Shown here one piece after another: positions 37,304-45,749 of a stretch of DNA of 45,749 bases. The stretch is taken from the NCBI GenBank assembly GCA_051942245.1, contig JAVECL010000135.1:1-45749 (forward strand), given 5' to 3'. The stretch's first letter is position 1. Each line of letters opens with the position of its first letter. A program made the position numbers and the translations under genes. The stretch is from Trypethelium eluteriae. Lineage: Eukaryota. The notes below the pieces were generated by a model. The model was not told the origin of the DNA. It searched no databases and saw nothing but the letters and a program-made list of their open reading frames with translations.

Positions 37304-37799
37304 TGTTACAACCCAGCCGCGTTAAGGCTGAACGCCATCTCCTTTGTACTTGCTGCAAGCGTTCCACAGACAGGTCGTAATGAGTAAAGGTCACGTGACT
37401 GATTAGTGGTGGTAAGCCACAGATTAGGATAAAGCGATCTAGGGTGATCACCCACAGATCACAGGTTGTCACACTAATTAGTAGCAATTAACCCAAGATT
37501 AGTAAAGATCTAATCAGAGGGATAACAGCTATAATTAAAAAGATTACAAGTATATATATATAGGAGGGAATTAGCTTAACTAACTTCCTCATGTTTTATT
37601 ATTATACTAAAACTGTACCTACAGTTAATTATAAGCCCTAATTAAATAAGTCCTTATTTATTATTAAATTGTTTAAAGCTTAGTAACCCTTTTTACATTA
37701 CTGGATCCTTGACACTCCGCTCTTATGTAAAAAACTCTAAGACCACTTTATGTACCTGCTATAAGCTGTGCTTATACCAGGGGGTATAGGCTTATAATA
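37304..37799 (+). repeat. 5' LTR, type A
   Basis: Direct repeat of 43535-44030; TATATATATA box at 37551-37562. Confidence 0.95.
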
Positions 37800-37810
37800 T
37801 AATAAAACGC
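37800..37810 (+). promoter_or_regulatory. Primer-binding site, probably self-priming (Tf1-type)
   Basis: TAATAAAACGC directly after the 5' LTR is complementary to LTR-internal (G/A)CGTTTTATTA; no TGG-type tRNA PBS is apparent. Confidence 0.65.
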
Positions 37811-37818
37811 CCTTAAGG

Positions 37819-40800
37819 ATGAGTTAATTAGGATCCACTCTGCGGCTGGAGTCCCGCACTAAAGCCCTATTAAAGGAAGGCAAAGTAGGATAACCCAATA
37901 AGTACTTTAGGGAAAAAAGTAAGTTAGAAGAATAGCTGTGCTAAATTTAACTCTACTTTTTGTTTAAAAGAATTTCAGACAGTTAATAAACCTTAGTAAC
38001 TTTATTATACTTAAAAAGACAGGCCTAATACTAAATAAAACCTAAATTAACTTTATATCTTAACAACTTGGAGGACCCTAACAGTCTTTTTATAAAATTC
38101 CTTTAATTTAAGAAAGAGCTTAAATAAATTTTTAGAATTTTTAATAAAGTTAAGATAACAGAGTAAGTAATTTAAAATCTAATATAAAGAACTTTAACAG
38201 TAGATTATGCAGCTAAATTCTAAGAGTATTCTAATGAACTAAAATAAAATAATAAAGTATTATAACCTATATATTAAAGAGGACTTAAGAATAATATTAA
38301 AGATAAGCTAATGCGCTATAGCAGCTTTATTAATATGTTATAAAAACTTATTAATGCCTTAATTAAACTGGATAATAAACTTTACGCAAGGCAAATAAAA
38401 AAATAATTAGCCTTATATATTCTAGCTAAATAAATTAGAGGAATTACTCAGCATTAAAATAATAGTAAGCTAATAAAAGGAGTTTAATACTCTAACTTTG
38501 CGCAAAATAAGAAGGAAAAAAGTACCTAAATAAAAAGAAAATGCTATGCCTATAAAAAATTAGGGCATATAATAAGAAATTATTAATCCAAAAATAAGGT
38601 GGATTGCAAAAAAGAATTTAATATGGCAACCTAAGTCTACTTAAAAGAAAATAAAATTATTATTAATAAATTAATAAGTAATAATAATATTAGGAACTTA
38701 AATATTTTTTAATATTAAATAATTAATAATAAATTTAATGCAGAGGAAGAGAGTACTTTATAAGAAGAAATTACTAACCCTGCAAATAGCTAAGAAGACT
38801 TATAATTACCCATATATATAATTTAAGGAAAAAAAGTAACTTAGAAAAGACATAAATACTACATGTATGTGGTATCCAAAATAAAAGATTATCCAGACTA
38901 TTAATTCTTAGGATAATACTTATTATAAAAGTGCAGTATTTACAAAGTATATGTGAGTGTAAAGCCTAAACTTCTACTAATTATGTGGGATTAAAAGCAA
39001 AGAAATTTTTAATATTAGAAGGAAATCCATAGACTCTTATAATATCCCAACCATAATTAGATAATTGGATGAGAGGAATGTTAAAATAATAAATATAAAA
39101 AATATTAATGGGCAAAAGAGCAACACAAAAAGAAATTATATTACCAGTTCTAACACTTTATAGCGTGTGGAATAAGGGACTGTAAATTCCACTAAAAGCA
39201 GGAGGGGGATTACAGCCGACTTAATAAAGTGTTTTATAAAGAAAAAAAAAATTGCCTATATTATAAACTAAGTAGTAGAGATTGGGGAAGAAGTTAACAC
39301 TAATAAGGATTATGTCTAAAACCATCCTATAAACTATTTATGTGTAAAATAACAGACTGGCTGAAATATGTTAGCACTGTGTGTGTTAAATACCGCTAAG
39401 AGCAAGCGGATTATTATGCAAAATATTAATGCAATAACCTAAATTATTATAAATATTACCTAGATTATAAAAGCATAAAACCGGAATAGCAGGAGTGCTA
39501 TAAAACTGCTAAAAAGATAATAAAAAAAGAGGGAAAAATTAATAACTTTTTATAAAGGGGTTATAAGTAAGTTGTAATATAACATCCCCTAATAAAGCAA
39601 TAAAAAAATTATTTAAAATTAAGGTTAAGATTAAAAATTAATAAGTTAAAGCAATAATTAATAATAATATATTAATAAATATAATAGCAGTAATAATTAC
39701 TGGAAGGATTAAACTTAACATTAAGGAAAAAAAAAAGTTATATAATTTATATAAAACTATTAAACTATAACTTGCAGAATAAAAATAGGTAAATACTAAA
39801 ATAAAACTTATTTTTATAATTATATAAGGGCACACTAAAGAAATCCAACTTAATATTATAAATCTAATTAGGTATAATATTATATTTAGATTATTATAAT
39901 TATAAAATTATAACCTAAATATTAATTAGGAAATAAGGGAAATTACATTTTTTAGGTACAAATATAGCATTACATAAAACCCTAAAGGAGCAATAAATTG
40001 CTTTAGGGATAAAATAAGGATAAGTTATAATGTGGCTTTAATATTAATAAATAAAAATAATTAGGAAGGATAAATTAAATCTGGTATATTTAATATTTTA
40101 ATAAAGGTAAAAAGTTAATTAAAGGATAATATAAAGCATAAAAATACTAAACTTATAATAATACCTCTTAAATATAAAAAGTATTTACTACTCTTTAAAA
40201 AAGGGAGGGCAAAAGAAGCATTACCTTTATACTAATTATGGGATTATAAAATAAAATTAAAGCTAGGGAAGCAACCCACTTTTAGACCTTTATATCCCTA
40301 ATTATAAAAAGAATTAAAGATGCTTTAAGAATAGCTAAAAAAAAACCTTAAAAAGGGATTTATCCAAAAATTAGAGTCTTTAATAAGACACCCCATATTT
40401 TTTATTCTTAAAAAGAATAATAAACTGCAATTATGTATTAATTATTAAAAACTTAATGCTATTATGGTTAAAAATAGGTATTTATTACCTAATGCGGCAG
40501 AATTAAAAAACCGCCTAACCAAAGCAAAGTAGCTTATATTATTAGATTAAAAAAATGCCTATAATTTTATCTGCATAAAAGAAGGTGAGGAATAAAAAAC
40601 TGTATTTAGGATAAAATACGGATTATTTAAATCCTTAATAATGCTATTTGGATTAATAAACATACTTATAACTTATTAAGAATAGATTAATAACACATTA
40701 TAATTATATCTAAATATCTTTATAATTATATATCTTAATAATATACTAATTTATTCTAAAATTAAAAAAGAATATATAAAATATATAAAAATAATACTAA

Positions 40801-42930
40801 AATATTTAAGGAAAAGGAATCTTAAATTATTATTAAAGAAGTGTGTCTTTTATTAAAAATAAGTAATACTTTTAGGGTATGTAATAAAAAAAGATTAGAT
40901 TTAAATAAAGCCGGAGAAAGTATAATTAGTTTTAACATAGCTAAGGCTAATAAATATTAAGAGGGTTTAAAGTTTCTTAGGATTTATAAACTTTAATTAA
41001 TAATTTATTCCTAAATATTCTAAAAAAGCAAAACTACTTATAGACCTTATAAAGGGTAAGTAATTATTTAAATAAAAATAGCTATAAAAAAGAGCCTTTA
41101 AAGTTATTAAAAAAGAAATTGCAAAAAACCTGGAATTAATAATCTGCAACCCAAAGTTATTATTAAAGCTTAAAATAAATGCTTTAGATTTTGTAATAAG
41201 CACTTGCTTATTATAATAAGTAAATAAGAAGTGGAGACTGATAGGATATTACTTAAGAAAAATAACTCCTATTAAACTAAATTATGACATCCATAATAAA
41301 AAATTGCTGGTAATAATAGCAGCAATGGAGTACTAAAGAGCATACATAAAAGGAATACCTAAGCTGGATATTTATACTAACCACAAAAATCTGTTAATAT
41401 TTATAACAATAAAACAGTTAAACTAATAATAAGTTAGATAGGCGGAACTCCTTAAGCAATACAAGTTTATTATATATTACATATTAAGAAAAAAAAATAA
41501 AAGAGTAAATACTTTAAGTTAATAAGAAGACTATTAAGGAAATAAAAAAGTGTACTAAGCAGTGTTTAAAAAAAAGGATAATAACACTCTTAAAAGTATT
41601 TTTTAAAAGTTTAGATTAGTTCTTAACATCTTAGAAGATAAGGACAAATAGTTCCCTATTATTACTTAAAAATTATAAATTCTAAATAATAAAGTTAATT
41701 ATTATATTTAAAGATATTATAATAAACTATAATATAGACATTCTAGAGTTGCATAAATACTTAGGAATATATCTTAGAACTGCATTTTTAATAATATAAA
41801 ATAGAAAGTCCAAAGTTATGTAGCAAAATATAATTACTGCAAAAAAAATAAGCATAATACCTAAAAAAGAAAAGGCACTATCCAATTAATTTAAGTACTA
41901 AAAAGGCCTTAGGAGCAGATTATAATAAACTTTATTACAGACTTACCTGCATTAAAGCACCTAGTAACTAGAGAAGTCTACACAGCAATCTATATAACAG
42001 TATGCAGACTAATAAAGTATACAATACTAATTTTATTTAACAAAAAATATGGGATAGAGGAAATAATATAAATACTCTTTAAAAAAGTGATATTATACTT
42101 TAAATTACTTATCTTAATAATATTAGACTAAAATAAAAGGTTTATAGCTAAATTCTTCCAAATATTAATGGCAGACTTAGGAATTAAAACTAAGTTATTA
42201 ATAGCATACCACAAGGAGACTAATGGATAAATTAAATAAATAAACTAATTACTAGAATAATTCTTAAGATACTACATTAATAATCTACAAGATAATTGGG
42301 TATTATTGTTATTTATAGCATAGTTGTGTATTAATACCAAAGAATTTAATATAACTAAGTTCCCACCTATCCAAGGGTTAATGGGATATATACCACCACT
42401 GGTTTAACCAGTATTTATTAAGGTAACATTAGCATTAGGAGAAGATCATATAAAAATAATAAAATTAGTACATAATAAAATAGCCAAAAATATTAATAAA
42501 AGAAATAAGAGTTTAATTTAAAATAATAAAAAAGTAAATAAACCTTAATTAAAGAAGGGGGATAAAGTATATTTACTTATAAAAAATTTAAAAATAAAAA
42601 GACCTTATAAGAAGCTTAATATAATAAAGGTCAGTCCATTTATTATTAAAAAAAAAAAATAAAGTTAATTATAAGTTAAACCTTCTGCAGGATGCTTAAG
42701 TCCACTCAGTATTTTATTTATCCTTATTAAAATTAGCGGATAAAAGCACACTATGTGCAGAGATATTTAATTATAAGCCAAAAGAGGAATATAAGTTTAA
42801 AGTAAAAAAGATCCTATAAAAAAAAAGTAAAAAGTACTTAATAAAATAAAAAGGATACCTAAATTTAAAAAATACTTAGGAAATAAGAATTACACTAATT
42901 AAGTATGGAGAAAAGATACAATAATATTAA
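37819..42930 (+). pseudogene. RIP-degraded gag-pol polyprotein
   Basis: ATG at 37819; CCHC knuckle remnant KCYAYKKLGHIIRNY (~38540); RT YLNNILIYS for YLDD (40731); RNase H KINALDF, NYDIHNKKLL and YTNHKNL; integrase INFITDLP and AYHKETNG; GPF remnant; chromodomain FKVKKIL..YLIK*KGYLNLKNT*E (42796-42882). End coordinate approximate. Confidence 0.92.
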
Positions 42931-42959
42931 AACTTAAAAAGAAAAATGCACTATTAAAA

Positions 42960-43453
42960 AGAATTTAATTAAGTTAAAAGTTAATAAAAAAGGAGGTTAA
43001 TTCCTTTATTAATATATCCCACGCAATTCTGGGAATAATATAAAAAGGGTTTTACTCCTTAAGTAAAGCAACCTCTTTAGGTTTTCCTTCCTTAAACTTA
43101 AGGTCTAGAATATTTTAAGTCTTATTAAAAGCTAAGGACTATTAATATTTATAAAGGAACTCTAATTACTTCCGCAAATAATTAGTTTTAGCTATAAATT
43201 TTATTATTTTATCCCAAACCCAATTTATCTTATGGTTAATTTTATTAAAGTTAACTTTAAAAAAGGCCAGATTGTAAGGATAATTCCTCTTTACACACTC
43301 TAAACATCTTTGGGAGTTAGGATTAATACAGCAGTCTAATTTTTAACACACATAATTGCGGTAAGGACGCATTATAATAAGAGCCTTATAAAGTTTAGCA
43401 ATAAGATAGTAATAATAAAGTATAAAAAAAGCAGGAATGTAGGCGGAAGCCAT
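42960..43453 (-). pseudogene. Antisense accessory ORF of the retroelement: Zn(II)2Cys6-like cluster plus predicted coiled coil, RIP-damaged
   Basis: ATG at 43453; MRPYRNYVC*KLDCCINPNSQRCLECVKRNYPYNL gives C-x2-C-x6-C-x8-C-x2-C-x6-C when three TAC/TAT codons are read as TGC/TGT. The 3' end is approximate. Confidence 0.7.
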
Positions 43454-43517
43454 AATAATTAAACATATTATTAGCTGTTATATGTACCACACCAGAATAA
43501 TTATTAGGCTGACAGTT

Positions 43518-43531
43518 AAAAAGGGGAGAGG
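43518..43531 (+). promoter_or_regulatory. Polypurine tract
   Basis: AAAAAGGGGAGAGG, 3 nt upstream of the 3' LTR. Confidence 0.88.
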
Positions 43532-43534
43532 TAA

Positions 43535-44030
43535 TATTACAACCCAGCCATGTTAAGGCTGAATGCTATCTCCTTTATACTTACTATAAGTATTCCATAA
43601 ATAGGTTGTAATAAGTAAAGGTCACATAACTAATTAATAGTAATAAGCCACAGATTAGGATAGAGCGATCTAGGGTGATCACCCACAGATCACAGGTTGT
43701 CACACTAATTAGTAATAATTAACCCAAGATTAATAAAGATCTGATTAAAGGGATAACAGCTATAATCAGAAAGATTACAAGTATATATATATAGGAGGGA
43801 ATCAGCTTAACTAACTTCCTCACATTTTATTATTATACCAAAACTGTACCTATAGTTAGTTATAAGCCTTAATTAAATAAGTCCTTATTTATTACCAAAT
43901 TGTTTAAAGCTTAGCAACCCTTCTTACATTACTGGATCCTTGACACTCCGCTCCTACGTAAAAAACTCTAAGACCACTCTACGTACCTGCTACAAGCTGT
44001 GCTTGTACTAGGGGGTATAGGCTCATAACA
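43535..44030 (+). repeat. 3' LTR, type A
   Basis: Direct repeat of 37304-37799, ends in CA and is followed by TSD CTAAA. Confidence 0.95.
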
Positions 44031-44728
44031 CTAAATGCCCTTCTCTTAAGGTATTAATAAGATTACTAAAGCTTTAAAATTGCCGCAATTTAAGTTAGTC
44101 CGTGCATTAAAGTCTCCAAGAGTTGGTATAGTGTTTATTAGCTAAGGTACTTGGTAACATATTATAGGCAGAGAACTTGTTATTATATACCCTCCTTTTA
44201 AAGCATCCCTTTAAAAGGGTAAAGTTTATTTAAAAAAACTTAGCGCAGATTAGTTGCTATTAAAGGAGCTTTACTGCAATGCTAATAATACCAAGGTTAA
44301 TAACACTGCAATAAGCATACCTATCTGTGTTGCCCTTTAGATCTTACTGGTGCAGCTGCTTTATGCTTGAGGAGTTACACTTACTGCTGTTATGAGTTAT
44401 TCCAGTGGAGAGATTGCCGCCGCTTATATGGTCGGCACACTAAACTATAAGTTAGCAATAGCAGTTGCTTATTATTATGCGGTACTTACTGCTGATAAGA
44501 GTTATCGCCACAAGGGCACTAAAGGCAGCATAATCGCAATCAGTATAGGTGTTAAAGATGTCAAGTTATACCTAAACCGGCTAAAAAGTAGTAGGGCTGT
44601 TGCTGCATGTATTAACAGCCCATCCAGTGTTATAGTATCTAATAATATCTCTGCAGTGCAAAAAATTAAGGCCATAACTAAGGTTAATAGCGTGTTTGCT
44701 TATAAACTCCGCATAAACACTGCTTATT
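44031..44728 (+). pseudogene. RIP-inactivated PKS acyltransferase domain (continuation of 36880-37303)
   Basis: PRVGIVFIS*GTW*HIIGREL (the VFTGQGAQW..MGREL motif), MSYSSGEIAAAY (the xHSSGEIAAAY active site), ACINSPSSVIVS, KLRINTAY. Same frame as the KS part once the element and one TSD copy are removed. Confidence 0.9.
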
Positions 44729-45749
44729 TGTTACGAACGCGCCTGACCAAGGACACGTTGGAGGTAGCCACTACTTGTAGTGCACCAATCGCGTAACACT
44801 AAGCGCGTCTCGCAACAGGAGTAAGCAAGAACGTGGCACGGACACCTCGACCATCTCGCAGCGAGATGAGTGAGATCTCACCTCGCAGAGAGTGAGACGA
44901 CATCTTGTCCTCATTGCTGCGACACTAGCAAGAAGGAAGGCTGTAATGGAGAAGGAATAAATATTTAAGGAACTGGGTTTTAGGCATACTTTTAACCTTC
45001 TTTTTGTGTTTTTTTATTATTATTATTATACCCAGCTATACCTATAGTTAGTTGCAAGCTAAATTAAATAAGACCTTATTTATTATTAAGTTGTTCAAAG
45101 CTTAATAACCCTTCTTACATTACTAGATCCTTAATACTCCGCTCCTATATAAAAACTCCTAAGACCCTTTTATGTACCTGCTACAAGCTACACTTATACT
45201 CGGGGGTATAAGCTTATAATATAATAAAACACCCTTAAGGATAAGTTAATTAGGATTTACTCCGCGGCCGGAGTCCCGCACTAAAGCCCTATTAAAGAAA
45301 GGCAAAGTGGGGCAACCTAATAAGTACTTTAGGGAAAGAAGTAAGTTAAAAAAGTAGCTATGTTAAATCTAACTTTACTTTTTATTTAAAAGAATTTTAA
45401 ATAATTAATAAACCTTAGTAGCCTTATTATACTTAAGAGGATAAGCCCAATATTAAATAAAATCTAAATTAATTTTATATCTTAATAACTTAAAGAACCC
45501 TAACAGTTTTTTTATAAAATTCCCTTAATTTAAAAAAAAGCTTAAACAAATTTTTGGGATCTTTAATAAAGTTAAAATAGCAGAGTAAACAGTTTAAAAT
45601 CTAGTATAAAAAACTTTAATAATAAATTATGCAGCTAAGTTCTAAGAATATTCCAATAAACTAAAATAGAATAATAAAGTATTACAACCTATGTATTAAA
45701 GAGGACTTAAGGATAATATTAAGGATAAGCTAATATGCTATAGCGGCTT
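44729..45749 (+). mobile_element. Second Ty3/gypsy element: type-B 5' LTR (44729-45221), PBS and gag start; continues beyond the window
   Basis: Begins TGTTACG and interrupts the PKS at the TAY(HS) motif; 45222-45749 aligns colinearly with 37800-~38327. Confidence 0.93.

Larger units (their letters stand above)
37304..44030 (+). mobile_element. Full-length Ty3/gypsy LTR retrotransposon (chromovirus), RIP-inactivated, 6727 bp
   Basis: TG..CA termini; 496-bp LTRs; TSD CTAAA at 37299-37303 and 44031-44035; domain order gag-PR-RT-RH-IN-chromodomain. Confidence 0.96.
35390..45749. other. AT-rich, RIP-mutated repeat block
   Basis: Abrupt drop in GC, strong TpA excess, many TAA/TAG stops in otherwise recognisable frames; the differences seen between the paired LTRs are C:G to T:A transitions. 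Confidence 0.95.

Noticed and set aside
39638..41203. Minus-strand hydrophobic ORFs 39638..39835 and 40997..41203
   Set aside because: I/L/F/Y-rich artefacts of AT-rich RIPped pol sequence.
44392..44796. 134-aa ORF as an intact gene
   Set aside because: A stop-free remnant of the PKS AT domain reading into LTR-B at 44729; the motif His before the catalytic Ser is mutated to Tyr.
35390..45749. AT-rich block as a mitochondrial insertion, foreign DNA or alternative genetic code
   Set aside because: Stops and AT richness are explained by C:G to T:A transitions, shown directly by LTR-LTR comparison, in nuclear TE and PKS sequences.

Overview
Genomic DNA of a filamentous ascomycete (Pezizomycotina; short GT-AG introns with CTRAC/CTRAY branch points). 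Bases 1-~35.39 kb are gene-dense euchromatin of balanced GC with 14 recognisable genes: alpha-actinin, a cupin, an MFS sugar porter, an RFX transcription factor, a secreted GH5, a MetE-like core methionine synthase, acireductone dioxygenase, a phosducin-like protein, a GDP-mannose transporter, Skp1, Vps18, Rpa49, promethin/LDAF1 and a Mn-type CDF transporter. At ~35.39 kb the sequence switches abruptly to an AT/TpA-rich block with the RIP signature. Read through the RIP damage it contains, in order: a 5' fragment of a DUF3505/telomere-linked-helicase-like gene; a reversed solo LTR without a TSD; the KS end of a type I PKS; a complete 6.7 kb Ty3/gypsy chromovirus (496-bp LTRs, TSD CTAAA) inserted in the PKS; the PKS AT domain in the same frame; and the start of a second, related retroelement with a different U3. 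The most novel-looking signals are in the retroelement: an antisense Zn(II)2Cys6-like/coiled-coil ORF, exchangeable U3 regions, a self-priming PBS and repeated C-x4-C-x2-H motifs. Exon boundaries and de-RIPped translations were read by eye; family calls rest on motif recognition, not database searches.
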